This document shows, one piece after another, positions 12,108-26,267 of a DNA stretch of 64,000 bases (position 1 is its first letter; every line of letters begins with the position of its first letter). Position numbers and translations under genes: made by a program. This DNA comes from Podarcis tiliguerta. Lineage: Eukaryota. Location: assembly GCA_965153285.1 (NCBI GenBank), contig OZ229113.1. One strand, 5' to 3'. The notes beneath the pieces are model-generated. The model saw nothing but the letters and a program-made list of their open reading frames with translations. It ran no database searches and was not told the DNA's origin.

Positions 12108-12307
12108 NNNNNNNNNNNNNNNNNNNNNNNNNNNNNNNNNNNNNNNNNNNNNNNNNNNNNNNNNNNNNNNNNNNNNNNNNNNNNNNNNNNNNNNNNNNNN
12201 NNNNNNNNNNNNNNNNNNNNNNNNNNNNNNNNNNNNNNNNNNNNNNNNNNNNNNNNNNNNNNNNNNNNNNNNNNNNNNNNNNNNNNNNNNNNNNNNNNNN
12301 NNNNNNN
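12108..12307. other. Assembly gap (200 N) in the last BBX intron
   Basis: Run of exactly 200 N. Confidence 1.
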
Positions 12308-12831
12308 CAGAGTAAGATTGTGATACAGAACATGAAGAAAGGTCTCCTGAACCCGGCACTTTCCTCGTTTTTTAATTAAACTTACTTCAAAATATAATGA
12401 GCACTGAGGATCCTGACTCCTAGTCAGTGGAAGAGATTGTCTTTATAATTCCCAAGCGTGTGTGATCTTTGCTAGCCAAATGAAATGTTTGCATTTTTAA
12501 GGTTTTAAGCAGCATCGAGAATGCAAAGATTCCTTAAAGGAGATATTAATAAATCTGTCAGGCTTTGACAAGGGTCTAGGAACCAGGGCTTGGGGAGAAG
12601 CTGGCTGTTAGTCAAAGTGGGCCAGAAGCAGGTGTATAGTCCGAAAGAGTTTGGAGAGGCAAATACTAAAGTAGAAATGGAGGATCAAGAAGGCCAGAAA
12701 GCGGTCGGTAGCTAGGGAAAGCAAAGTAGGTGTCGAGATGGATTCAGGGACTAGAGGCTGCTGCATGGGCTTGGAAACGTAACTTTGCAAATTAATTCTG
12801 GGTTGACTTTCCATCTATTCTTCCTTTGCAG

Positions 12832-12919
12832 AAATCAGAGGACGGCGCCTCTCCCATGTGATGGACAGCCAAAAGAAATGTCTCAGGCTCCAGTGCTTAT
12901 TTCCTGCGCTGACCAGTGA
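12832..12919 (+). CDS. BBX: BBX terminal coding exon: NQRTAPLPCDGQPKEMSQAPVLISCADQ*
   Basis: ttcttcctttgcag acceptor, phase 2; TGA at 12917-12919; matches the BBX C-terminus APVLISCADQ. Confidence 0.95.
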
Positions 12920-15900
12920 AACTCTACCCTATTGTAAAACGTTGTGCTTTGCCTAATATCCTAGCCTTGTCTTTACCAACGGATGCTAGTCAGTCCATGT
13001 GATGGAGGAACCCATAGACTGAAAATGAGTGGTTTGTGTTCAGGGTAGCACAGATTTCGCTTATAGCTTGGGTCAGGTCCCCTCCAGTTTGGGGCACAAG
13101 AATCTGCTACAAGGGTGTTGTTGTTTTTTTCTCTGTTAAGCAACAGAAATGAAAAGATCCTGGAGCTTTGCTTTCTATTGAAGGTTTTTAAAGTGGTAAA
13201 TACATAGTTACATGGAAGAGGGCAGACTTTACTGTAGCTCACACAGCATCTGTTTTATCAACCAGAATATGGAAAATAGTTTCATATAATAACTAGCTAC
13301 TCTAAAAGAAAAAAAATACAGAAGAGGAAAGGGGGAGAAACTGACGCACTGCACTAGTTACTAGATATTCTTAGTCCTTTTTGTACATGAAGATTTCAGT
13401 TCGGAGATGGTTTATATAATAGGTTATGCCTACATTTATATATTTTAGAGTGAATTTAAGAACCTGTTTGGAGAATTCAAGAAAGCGTGGGGCAAGCGTA
13501 CCATTGTTAGTGGCGTATGCGCGGCCCTATGGCCCATAAGTTCTGCACTTTTTTGTATTTGCCACCAGGATGGTAGAGTTTATTGGCAAAAAATCTTGAC
13601 AGACTTTATTTTGCTTGGGTTTTGTTTTTTAAATAAGCATAGAATAATGAGGATGATCTGCATTTGAAACAAAGGTTTGGCATATTGAGAAGAACAATTC
13701 TGCAGATTACTGATTTGTCTTTCAAGCCTTGGAGGGTTCATTTATTTTTGGATAGAGGTCTAAAATGACTATGTGGGAACTAAAGCAGTGAAACAGGAAA
13801 AAAAAATACTATTAATATGTTGTTCAGAAGTGACCTTAGTATTACTTCACTCTTTGGGGCAGGGCGGGGGAATTTTCAATTGACATGCACACTGATGAAC
13901 ATATTATACATTTTACAGACACTGGAATTGTCATAAATACTATGCACAGTCTAAATTGGCTTCATTGGTTGTATGAAGTGCCAATGCTAGTTTGGGATAG
14001 CTAAGTGCTGAGTGTTGTGTAAGTGAGTGATGACTGAGAAATAATGTTCCTAAATTTAGGCTGTCAGACAGATCCCTTTCCAGTTCATGTTCCTTGTCTT
14101 TACTCTATATGTTCTAACTTACTCCCATACACACATCTCATGCCAGAGCAGATTCCAGCTTTCTTTACTTTTTTCTTTCTGTTTCTTAACCACTTCTCTT
14201 CTACCAGTTGCCTACGATCCAGTACGGCACACCTGGAGCAATCAGGGCTGTGTGTGCACAGAGCCCTCAAGAGTTAGCCCCACAAATTAGCTGCTTGATG
14301 TTCAACAGCCGATTGGCAGGATTTTCGCTTTGGGGGTAGCGCCCCCCAGCCCAGCTGTTGGATCATTAAAGGGAACTGTGCACACAACACTTGTTTGTGC
14401 CCCATCCAGCTAGGGACACACAAATAGAAGCCTGTTTCTTCATCCATATAGCCCCTGGCTGGATTGAGGCAACATTGTTCCTAGCAGCAAAATATTCATT
14501 TGTTATTAGAATTTGACATGAAGTTACACATTCAACACAGGGTACTTCTTCCACAGCACAAGATGTTTCCCTGCATATTTTTCATCATAGCACAAAGACT
14601 TAACCAAATGCTATTGACCAGACCCCAGCAATAATTTTCTATGAGTCTTCTTCTCTCTGGTGGGATTTTGATAGTGTTCAGTTCAGCGAGACCCCTTTTT
14701 TATTGATTAGGTCTCTAAACGATGAGAGTTTACACAATTTTATCAGGCTTTCTTAATTTATACTTGACAGAATTGATAACGGATGTGTGTTTTGGGATTT
14801 TTTTGTAATTGGATTTAATAGCCATATGAAAAGTGACTCTTGAAACCTGCTTGGCTTAGCCTTTAATTGTTGTAACCAATGCATGTATTTCAGTGTCTGT
14901 GTCAGAAACAACATCAAACAGATCATACTCATTGTAAAAATTATGACAACTTAAAAGGAAAGTGTCACTTCAAGCCCATGTAAAAACAACAACAGCAACA
15001 AAAACAGACTCCTTGAAAGATGCAAATGGTGACTTGGATGAAGGAAAAATGCAACTTCAACAGGAATGAGACAGTTAAATGCTTTTTTTGTTTTAATAGA
15101 AAATTCAGGTAGAAAAATCTTCCACATGCTGCCTGAGCATGTGGTGCTATTTTAATAGCTTGATTTTGTTAACATTCTCTAAATTATTTTAACAAAACAA
15201 AATGCTGCCATCATGCCATACTGTTGGACATATATTGTGGTGGCTTTGGGAATGTCAGGCCATGTACTGGCTATGGTTTAAAACATTGTAAGTAGCTGAA
15301 ATCCAAATACCTTACGGTGCAGCCTCTTCATCTTGACAGTCATACTAACATACAAACTCTGTTGAACCCATTAGAATAGATGCATTTTTGCTGGAGTACC
15401 ACCTTCTGCCATTTAAATTTCAATATTGTTCCTAAAATATTTCTTTATATGAATGGTACATTTATAAAAGATGCATAAAATTAGCTTTTTTCTATGTGAA
15501 TTAATATACCTTGATTATCTTCCTTTCTTAAATCTCATGAACTTTCCCTTAGACAAGGGACTGGATTTGGGTCAATTTACTGAAAAGGAGTGTTTTCTGA
15601 TGCTTATAAACCTTTATGTAGATATGCTTAATTTTTAAGCAGTTAGGCACTGAGAGTAGCAGAAATCCTGCAAAGCTTTATAGTCCATTCGAAGCGCAGT
15701 CCACTTCAAAGTTCTCTTCGCACAAGCCCCATTGGAATGAGCAGTATACATGTTTTTCTTCAGTTTCCCGTCATTTCAGTGGTGATTTTGCAGGAGAATC
15801 TACAGCTGGATGGTGCCCTGTGGCTTTCCCCCCCCTCGGAATAATGTTTTGATTTCAATAGAGAGATTTGCTGTAGCGCTGAATTTGTTAGAATGGGTGT

Positions 15901-18900
15901 CCCTAATTTCAGGTAGAAAGAAAATTTGTTAGCACAGAAAAATTCAAACCAACAATGTACTGTTTAATTGTTTATTTGTTTTTTTAAAATTTCCATTGTT
16001 TTGTGTTTTTGTTTTTTTAAAAATAATAATTGTGGCATGTATTTTCGTATACCAGCAATGTCACCCATCAACCTATGTCCATGAATTCATTTAGAGACAG
16101 CAATGTTGCACCTTAATTATTTCAAATGAACCAAAATATTATGTTCTCTGCTTTCATGTTTATTCTGATTCTATTGTATTATAGTTTATCAAGCCCATTC
16201 TAACTTAGCAAAAGCTATCAGTATTTATGCATTTAACCATATTCTCTAGATTTGAACCTGTGTATGTCTTTCTTTTTTACAAGAAAAAATTTAAATAAGA
16301 TAAAACAAATTATTCTTACCCTCCTCTATGGTTTCTTAATGGAAGCGAGGATATATTTCTCAATGTGTAAATTTAGCACTATCCCATTTTCTTTGTTTTT
16401 GTTTATTTATTTAGTGACCTTTGATATTTCATGTAGTTTTGAGGTATATACATAGAAGCTGATACTGCAAGCATAGAATCAGCTGGGAGAAGGATACTGT
16501 AATGTCATTTTCATGTAATTGTGTTAGTACTGTATTACGGGGGGGAGGGAAGGGGAGTTCTGCAAAGTATTTAACATGTACATTTGATTTTGATTCTCCC
16601 ATTAGGTTGTATTCCAGATACAAGACCAAATTTGATGTAAAATCTTGTGGAGCTTATATCATGCTGTTGTACTTATGACAGTATTTTTCCCTGGATTGTA
16701 CTGTGATTCCACAAATAGGATATATTTATTTAAGAAGATATAGTATGCTTTTTTACTAATACAATATCCCAAAGCTATGAGCAAAGGAGTTCTTTCTTTG
16801 TCTCGCTGTCCAGATTACAGTTCAGTCAATGATTTCCAGAACCGATTTACAAAGTGTTGTGGATGTGGTGAAGGCAGCAAAGATAACCTGGCCTCTGTGA
16901 CTTTTGCTACTTTTTTCTAAACAGCTTACGTAGCATAAATGTAGCTGCTAGTCACTCGATAGCTGCTCGCTCCATATATTCACCTGCAAACCAGTACAAG
17001 TTGTATATTGCGCTTCAGCGAGGGGAACATACACAGGGTGGAAAATGCCTATCAGTTTTTAAAAATGGTGCATCCCAAAGGGTCCATTCAGTCTTTTAAA
17101 AAGAGAAACGTCGTTGTCTCTGCTCAGAGGCTCACAAGAGGAATAGGTCTGAGAGTCGTCCCTGGCACGCAACATGTGCTTGGAAAAAGGATAGGCTCCA
17201 TGAATGCAACGCAATGTCATCTACATCTTGCTGTCTTTGCAGGTTTCTGGTTAAGGGCTGGAACTGCACATGGACTGGGGGAAATCTACATGCTTGCATA
17301 GCACAGGTGTTCCTTGTGCAGAGCCCGTTTTGCAGATTTTGGGGGTCCCTATGTAGTGAGAATATAACACAACATTGTTGCCTGGGATGATAAGGAATTG
17401 CTGTGTGTTTTCTACTGACTGAATTTGAAACGGGCTGTAAAAATTTAGTTTTCTGATCCAATAGTGGCATCACTGTCCATTTCACACTGAACCCTTTCAG
17501 ACAACTGAGTAGCACTGTATTCTCAGTGAATGATTATCTGTGGGGGTTGGGGGGGGGGGGCTGGTTGAAGCTACCCTTAGTGTGAAGCATTAGAATAGAA
17601 CAATTTTTCAAATGTGCTCCGTGCTTAGGAACTGCAAGAAAAGTGTTGTTTTTTTGTGCTGAAGGGAATAGCCTGGGAATTGGGTTAATCAAAGAGAAAA
17701 AAAGGGGGGCATTATTGCCACATGAGGGAGTTATATATTTTCTTAATCTCTGAAGGAAAAATGTGGTAAAGACTATAATGATTGTCAGGTTTGCCTTGTA
17801 CTATTGTGTATTTATGCCTCTCAGCTGCACTCTGTTCTACAACTAATTCTAATAATGCTACCTCTATTAAAGGCTACTGCAGTTGACTTCCATTTGTTTT
17901 CAAGATTCCTCATGCAGTCTTTTCAAGTTGGTGGGTATCTGTTTTGGATCACGCTGTTTTATTTTCTAAGAAGAGCAGTTTGGTAGAGGGAACAACATAC
18001 ATCTCAAATTGCTATCCGTACTCGTACTATTCATAAACAGAGCTACTTGATGAGTGTAGCTTTTGTGTAATTTTTTTCTCTGTAAATTGATAGATTTTTT
18101 AAAAAAACAGCTTCAAATACATCACGCACAAGTACTTTCTTTTCAATGAGAAGATAAATGCTCTGTATGCAAAAGTATTGGATGCTGCACTGAGCGCTTG
18201 TCTTTCATTGAATGTAATGGGACGGCCTCTTTGCTTGTAGAATTCCTCAGGCACAAGTGGGCAATCTTCTGTGACATTCTTGACTGTCCACAGTGTGAGA
18301 TTATTATCATGGGAAATGATCATTAATTGTTCCCTTTACAGATATGAGCTATATAAAGATTACAAAAATAATCTACACTATACATGCTCATTTTGTTTCT
18401 TTGGGTGGGGTGCTAAATTGTAGAGTGGTTAAATAATCTGTCATACTTTCCTTCCTTTCTTTTTCTTTGCCCGGCTTAAATACAAAACCAGCACCAGCAA
18501 ATATCAAAACATAAAGACATTTCAGTGAGAAGGCAGCTGCAAACTAAGGCAATAAGAGAGGTCCGTGCTTCTTGGTTGTGGCTAAACCTCAGTAAGATTA
18601 CAGTTTGTTATTCTTAAATGTGCTCTAACATTATTGATTGTTGAGCTCCCACAATGTCTCTGATTTATTTTTATTTTTTTTACAAAACACTTGGCTCCTG
18701 GGCGTTGCAAGCAATAGTTTGCATAGTGAAGCTTTGATCCAGAAAGGCAAGCGATGTGGTAATCAGATGCATTGAACTGTGCCTTTCTGAATACAGATTA
18801 ATAAGAGCTTCAGTTCACAATGGATTGTAAAACATGGGCTGATAGTCTTTAACCCTGTTGTTCCAAGTAATTGTTTTCTGATGAGTAACTTGTCAAGCAG

Positions 18901-19845
18901 TCATCATCCACTTACAGTGGGGGGTGGGGTGGAATAAGTATTACCTTTCTAAGTAAGTTTTTTGGACAACAGTACTGTGTTTTCTTAATAAAGATTTTAT
19001 CTGCCCTTTTAAAACCACATATATGGAGCAACTTATTTTCCTTTTCATTATTTGTGGATGAGATCCAACATTGCACCAGCGGATGCAATGGGATTCCCTT
19101 TCTTCCCCTCCTCTAGCAGCCTCCATCTGCTCCAGAGGGTTGCTCAACCCTGTATAGTAGATTACTGTACCCTGTTTGCGAAAGCAGAAGTCCACTGTGC
19201 AGATGGAATGCCCCAATTGTATATCTCCCATTATTTAATTATATATTTTTTATAATTTATATCCTATTTTTTCTCCTTGGACCCAGACCATCTTATCATG
19301 ATTGGGCTTCTCATATATAGGGCACAGCTACCTGGAGCTGGGCTTGCACAAGCCCCTCTCCTCACTTTCAAATGGGCGCAATTGTTTTCTTGCACAGCAC
19401 ATCACTGAGGTTTGTGCAGGGGAAGTATATGTGGATTGCGTGCTAAAAGTCTAATAATCTCTTTAGAGAGGCTCTGTGGCCTTTGCTTATTAGATTTATC
19501 AGTCAGGCCATATTTGCCGTTGCTGAATGTTTCTTTTTGGTTGCCCTAGTCTACTAGCAGATAATTCCACTAGATTCTAACCCAGCACTTGATTTTTTTT
19601 GGTGAAGTTTCAATGTAAAATGTGCGTTGTAAAACTCATTCCCTCCAGTGGTACAATAGAGTTACTGCATTCTTAGCTTTTGTGTAGTGCCCTTAGTAAC
19701 TTAGTAAAGCTTTATACCTAGGTGGATCTACAGGTGTATTATAAGTACACATGTTAAGTCATGTGTATTCCATGCTAAAGAACATTGCGATACTGAATAT
19801 GGAGCAATTATTTAATAAAATAAATGATTTCTTTTATAAAAAAAT
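12920..19845 (+). other. BBX: Putative long BBX 3' UTR (~6.9 kb)
   Basis: AU/U-rich sequence after the stop, with no young SINE or LINE copies seen. It ends at overlapping AATAAA hexamers followed by a U/GU-rich tract. The end point is inferred. Confidence 0.55.
19814..19824 (+). promoter_or_regulatory. Candidate distal polyadenylation signal (overlapping AATAAA x2)
   Basis: tttAATAAAATAAAtg followed by U/GU-rich sequence (tatgttcacattttatgttc). A second candidate AATAAA lies at 18987-18992. Confidence 0.55.
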
Positions 19846-20255
19846 AATAATTCAGATATGTTCACATTTATGTTCGCATTTTCAGCTCTCTAGTGTATAT
19901 TGAGAAGTTCTTCCATTTCATAACAGAATGGCTATAAATACCGTCATTGATGGAAGCATATTTTCTATTGCTAGGTGATGTTGGGCCACAAAATGGGTAC
20001 CTAGTACATCAAGGACCAGTTAAAATCATTTGAATTTTCATGTACAGATGACTCAAATGGGATTTAGGGACACCTAGATTTTTTGGGATTGTACCCTCTG
20101 GCTGTAAATCTATGGTACACAGTATATAGCTGTTAATGCTTTTTATAATCTTGGATATGCAACATCACTGGCGTAGGCTCTGACTCAGAAATAATGTGTC
20201 ATGATTCCCTTTATGTATACATGCAGAGAGAGAGTCATGAGAGTCATTTCTTACT

Positions 20256-20257
<2 letters not shown>

Positions 20258-20296
<39 letters not shown>
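20258..20296 (+). repeat. (GT)n microsatellite
   Basis: Directly visible. Confidence 0.97.
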
Positions 20297-20298
<2 letters not shown>

Positions 20299-23263
20299 CT
20301 AACCATATAATCTGGGCCCATGGAGTGAGTTTATCCCACCGGATCAGTAGTCAACTAGAAATGAAAATAGGAAAGATTCATGCAATTGGCCCTACCCATG
20401 TGTTTCCAGAATCCACACACAGTCTGCAGTCTCATAGACAAATGTCTTCCAATACAGCTCAACATGTTTGTGAAGGACACTGGAGTCTAAGCTGATATCA
20501 ATAGAGCAGGGGCAAAACTAGGCTTTATTTTACCCAGGACAAAGACTCAGTTTGGCATCCCCCCTGCACATTTGTGTGCACACACACACACAGACAGAGA
20601 GAGAGAGAGGCTGGGAGCCTCAGTGGCTCCCCTCTGGAAGGCTTCACATGGGGCAAAAAACTTGGCTAGCACGCCTGAAGCTACGGCACTGCAATAGAGT
20701 AAGACAATTACAACTAAATTTAGCTGGAAAGAGGCCTTGGTGTTTAATATGTGACAGACTTAGAGACTGATTCACTGTCAAAACAATGCTCTGTTTTTTA
20801 AAAAAATGCATGTTCTGTTTGCAAACATGGTATTTCAAATTAAGTGTTGTGTTACAAAAATGCTAAGCTTAACAAGGAATTGGTGAAACCAGTGGCTACT
20901 TCAGACAAATCCTTTGGAACCTTAATACAAGGTTTAGTTCCTTCTACTACATGCTTATATTATTGGGAGAAAATTAATTCCAATGTAAATAGGATTCTAA
21001 CATTGAAAAGGTAGGCCTCCCCCCTCCCCTTTTTTTAACGTTCTCAAAAATCCTGTTTTCCTCCTGAATATATACTTTGTGTACAATAATAGGTACTGAA
21101 GCCAAGGAAACCATAGGGTCATTTCTCTACCATGCTATTAAGCATCTCCTCCATAGAGAACCCCATCCCTGGCATCCAGTTGGAATGTGTTGGGACAACC
21201 CTGCCTGTATTGGGTTTGCATCACCATAGCAGAATAAAGGGAATGTTCTAGACCAGGGATTTAACTTCAGCGCTCAGGAAGCCAGCTATATCAGTTTCAC
21301 CCTAGACACTTCATATTTGCTAGTAACTTCATAATCAGGTTGCAGCTGAAAAGCATATGAGCACTCTCCACTGCTGTTGCTCCTTTCCCTGTAGTCACTT
21401 GATAGGTTGTCAAAGCCTTACTTATCTTTAGAATTGGACTACAAAAAATGCTTCTAGCTTCTCCACTCTTTTTTACAGTGAATTTTAAATAACACCACCA
21501 TCAAGATTAGCAGGATTAAACATTGCATCTTTTTTCATTTATACTTTGCAATAGAGAAGCATGATAACCAGTATGTCTCAACTAACATACTAGAAAGCTG
21601 GAAAATTCAATTGGCTGCAAATACTGTTTTTTTTTCCCCCATGCAAAGAATATACCACCATTGATGACATTCAGTTGGCTGTAAAGAGAGCAAAAATGTG
21701 TCTGAGCACTCTGTTCAGTATTCTGATTTATGCCCGACGACTTAGCATAAGGTTTACCAAAAGCTTTTCCATCACATTGTATGATATTGTGTCAACAGTG
21801 TATTGTTAACCTCACAGTCAGATTCAGCTCTTTCAAAATTGAAGGGCCATCAGCAGCTGTCATTTATTTCCATGTCATTTTGAAGGGGAATGGCTGTACA
21901 GGTAGTTCAGAGATAGAGGGCATACTTTGCATGCCAGTCCCTGGTGTTTCTAAGTTGGATTGCAAAAGTGGTCTCTAAAGCCGTGGAAAACTGCCAGTCA
22001 TTGTCGACCCAGGATGATGAACATGTGGCCCTCCAAATGCTATTCACATATTTCCTAGCAGTTGGCCATGCTGGATGGAATAGAAAGCTAGTTTATCTCA
22101 AGATTGGTGCTCTTAGCTTGGTATTGTAATCAGAAATGGGAAACCTGTGGGCATCTAGTTATGGTTGAACTCAGCTCCAATCAGCCATCCAGTATGGCCA
22201 ATTGCTAGGAACTGTGAGAATTGCAAGCGAAAAACACTGTGAACTTCCATCAATGTAAATGTGCCAGGCAGCATCCAGGCAGGTGTTTTCTTTTGCTATT
22301 AGGCCAGCTTTAATCTCACTTCCTAGTACAAGCATTTCAGTACCTGAGCTCAACAGAAGTATTGTGCCATCTCTCTTTCTGGCATCAGGTTCTTTAAAAA
22401 AAAAAAAAATGTATGTGCACGCTCATGCATGTAAATTTGGATTTTCCCACCCATTCACCCATGTTCACATGAACGCATGAGGATTTAAAATGTGGCGATG
22501 GGCATAGATACAAGCTCCACTCCCAGTATCTCTGGGTGCATAGGCAAAGGGTTTCTAAGCACAATCAACCAAACACACTTCGAACCCCTGTTCAGGTCTA
22601 AATGCATGAAGGTCTGCAGATAAATTATTGTGTCCCAAGGGATGTTGGGGTGTGGGACTTTCATGCACATTCCCCCCTCTCCCAGCAATGTTTTAAACCT
22701 TCAGATGTTCAGGAAAAAATGGGTTACAGGCACAAAGAGCCACGAAACACAGTTGAATTTATTTGCTAGCACTGTGCTGCACATCTGCTAATTTATTTCC
22801 AAGCATCAGCTAGACCTGGCCACTTCAGAATCTTCTTGTGTTAAGGTTCATCCTTCCTTCGAGACAGCACGTTTTGTCACATAATATCTGAATTAATGAA
22901 AGGTGAATAGATGTGATTATGCAAGTTTGCGCACGTCTGACAGTTTGACCTCTGCACAGTGAGAGATGGTCTTAATCTTTATGCTTAAAATAATGTGTAC
23001 TGAAAGCTATGCTAGCCTTCTCCCTCTCATATAAAATTGAGACCTGCAGTTTAGGAGGAATAGAGAATGTGTGGGGAAATAAGCAGACATAATGAAAAGA
23101 AATCAAGGTAAATGTGGCAAAGAGTGCTGGTTTCAATGCTGTTATAAATTATGCTACCAATAGTAGGAGGAGAAGGAGTTATTTGTCAAGGGTCTAAGAA
23201 AACTCCACGTTGCATAAGTGCAAAAAAAGAGAGCACTGACCTACAGAACAGGCAAATACAGTA

Positions 23264-23440
23264 CAGTGGTACCTCAGGTTACAGACTCCGCTAACCCAGA
23301 AATAGTACCTTGGGTTAACAGAAATTGCGTGGCGGCAGCGGGAGGCCCCATTAGCTAAAGTGGTACCTCAGGTTAAGAACAGTTTCAGGTTAAGAACAGA
23401 CCTCCAGAACAAATTAAGTTCTTAATCCGAGGTACCACTG
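23264..23440. mobile_element. Tc1/mariner-type MITE, family B (internally deleted)
   Basis: TA|CAGTGGTACCTC...GAGGTACCACTG|TA, with internal repeats of GTACCTCAGGTTAA. Confidence 0.88.
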
Positions 23441-26267
23441 TATTAAAAAGGTCCGGGGGGACGGGGGGGACGGCAGATGAGAGCAGGCCTGATTAAACTC
23501 AAAATACATGTAAACAAGTAGATAACACACACCTTAGTACATAGATCGAGATTTATTGAAACACATATTGGAATGTGCATCTCATTTGAAGCAGCCAAGC
23601 ATTCACACTTGCATGCTCATTTGGATTTGAATGTGCAGACGTGCACAATCTAAATGCACAATCTATTGTGACGGCAGAAATTGCCATGGAACTCATAAAT
23701 AGGAAGGTGCAAATTATGTAAGGCTTAGATAGAACTGTAGAAATGGGGAACTGAAAAAGTCCTATCATCTGATTCCCTGTTCGGAGCCAAACGCTAAAAA
23801 AATTAGCCTGAGATAGCAAGGTTAGAATACACCACAAGCTGAGAGGAAGAAGTGTTACATACACCAATGTGATGTCCAGATACATTCAGAGAAATGCACC
23901 CAGATGTCTGCCTGAAGCAATCGCACTGAAGAGCATGTGGCTTCCTCCTGCCTTGGCTGCCATCCATGAGCAAGGAGTCAGTGTAATTAACTGCTAAGCT
24001 AGCTAATTTTCACCCTGCCTTATAAGATGCATGGTAAGAAGAGGAGAAATTATGAGGAGCATGTGCCCAGGATACTGTTCTCAGCATGGCGATTCATACG
24101 CCTTCCGTCTTACATTGCATCATGACACAACTGAGTCCTGTTCATCCCATTGAATGAATGGACTTTCAAAAAACAAAGCTCCTGTGGCCTTGACTGCTGG
24201 CTTGAGAAAGCTCTGGATAAGAATTGTTGGGGGAAATACCGTTCTATGGAGGGTACAGCTACACCTCTTAGGCTGTCTGTGTAACACAGAGTCATTCCTA
24301 AACATCCCACTGGGACGCTTCCCACAATGTTGGTGGTGGGAAGGTTGGCTGGCGATGCTTGCTTACCACATTCAGTGAGTCCTTGGTGAGAATGTGTGAA
24401 AAGTGAAGCTTCTTTTAGGGGTCTTGGGATTGCAGGCAAATAAACACTTGTAATAATGAGATGCTGCTTGAACAGTGTCTTCTATACGCTCCCACATCCC
24501 ACTCCACCCCTGTCTTTTGACCCAGTCATTTTCATGTATGGAGTCCCTCATTCACACATGCCATCCTGTCACTCGGATCAATGGAATTGCATGGACTACC
24601 CAACATGCATTTTCATTTAATTAATTTAATTTCAATGTAATTTAATCAGATCTGCATAAATGTGCATGTGAGTCAAACCATAGCACTGAAGGAAAAGGCA
24701 TTCTTTGTTTTTACAGAATGTGTCGCAGCAGGCACCATTTTCAAAGAGGGAATGCTCTTCTAAGATGGTGCTTACTTTGGATGGCACATGTGCGCATTGT
24801 TTAAAAACTAAATAAGATTATTTTTAATTCACCCTGGAGATCATTCTATATACTGCATAATAGGAACTACCAGATTAGGGTGTTTGGAGTTTTTGTTTCT
24901 TTTGTAACTCCCCTGAGTTTTCTGGTGTTAAAGGAACAGACGCGATCTATTCTAGCCAAAGAGCTAAAGTGAAGCAAGTACATAGTTTAGAAACAGCTGC
25001 CATGGTTTTGTTTCTGTGCTCGGGGCAATAATTTTCCCATCAGCAAGAATGCAGAAGACAGAAGTGCAGTGCATATTCTAAGAGAAGACTGTAGCCTCTT
25101 GATTAAATACGTATTTGGCTCATTGAGTGACTGCAGTTAACAAATGCATTTGTTTGCATATTTCATAAACAAAATCAAGTGCTTACTGTGGTCTTAATTA
25201 CAGCCTAAGCAAGTTTTATATAACAGGCTCCTGAAAATATGCTGTTCGTTGCTGGCAGATGGTATCAGACTTGAAATGTACTAGGTGCGTAGAATGTGCC
25301 ATTTCTTACTGGTCTCCAATTAGAACTTGGCTTGTAACAATGGAGTGTAAGGGCACATTCGCTTCAACAAAAAGGGAAGTGGAGTTGGCAGGCTTCAAAT
25401 GTGCTTAAATGTGTCCTAGGGCCAAATTAGATATGACATTAAATGCATAGTTGCATTTAACATACTGGGTTTTGTTTTGTTTCAGTGAAAATAACAGCTG
25501 GGCGGGGGTGATAATTAACAGGACTAGCAGGCATGATGGTGGTGGGGGTAACCATATCCTCACCTGCTGTGATCTGTGGTGGGGAAGCCCCCCATTGACG
25601 CCAATGAGGGATTTCCTCCCAATACAGACACCACCATCGGAGGAGGAGGAGGAGTTATCATCAGGACCGCAGCAGTAGAGGAAAGAGTTAATTCCCCTCT
25701 TTCCTGCCTGCTGTCATCCTGATAATTACACACACCACTCTGCATGTTAAATGCAAAGACACATTTAATATTATATCCAGTTTGGCCCCTGCTGTTTCTA
25801 TATGACATAGGAACATGGCAAAAGAAAAGTGAGTGAGTTTAGAGTCTTGCTAAGCTGCCATAACACAATGCTTTGCATGGGGGTTTGCAGGCACAGCCAG
25901 GTTTCCACCCACTCCATACCTGCTGTCATATATGATGTCATGTGCCAGGCAGGTGGGCATGGCTTGACTGAAGTGGTGGCACAGAGCAAATGGGGAGGCC
26001 TGGCAGACCCAATTAGACCCCCCTGGGTTAGAATATTTGGTAAAAATCAAATCTACTATATATTTTGGAAAGTTGTCTTTGGACACCTCTTAATATAGAC
26101 CAAATTTTGCCAGATAGTTCCTGAGACCAAGGAGCAGGTTTTCATCTATGCTTGGATATGTTTGGAAGCCATTTTGGATCCAGATAGTGGACTGAAACAT
26201 CTAAAATTACACTGATTTCAGACCTTCACTGACTTCCTTAGACTTCTCGAGCAAAGTCTACTGGTAA

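Noticed and set aside
11974-12359. ORFs containing long X runs
   Set aside because: Artefacts of the N gap.
12920-19845. miRNA seed matches (e.g. GCACTTT near 13545, TGCACTGA near 18186)
   Set aside because: Expected by chance in 7 kb; conservation data are needed.
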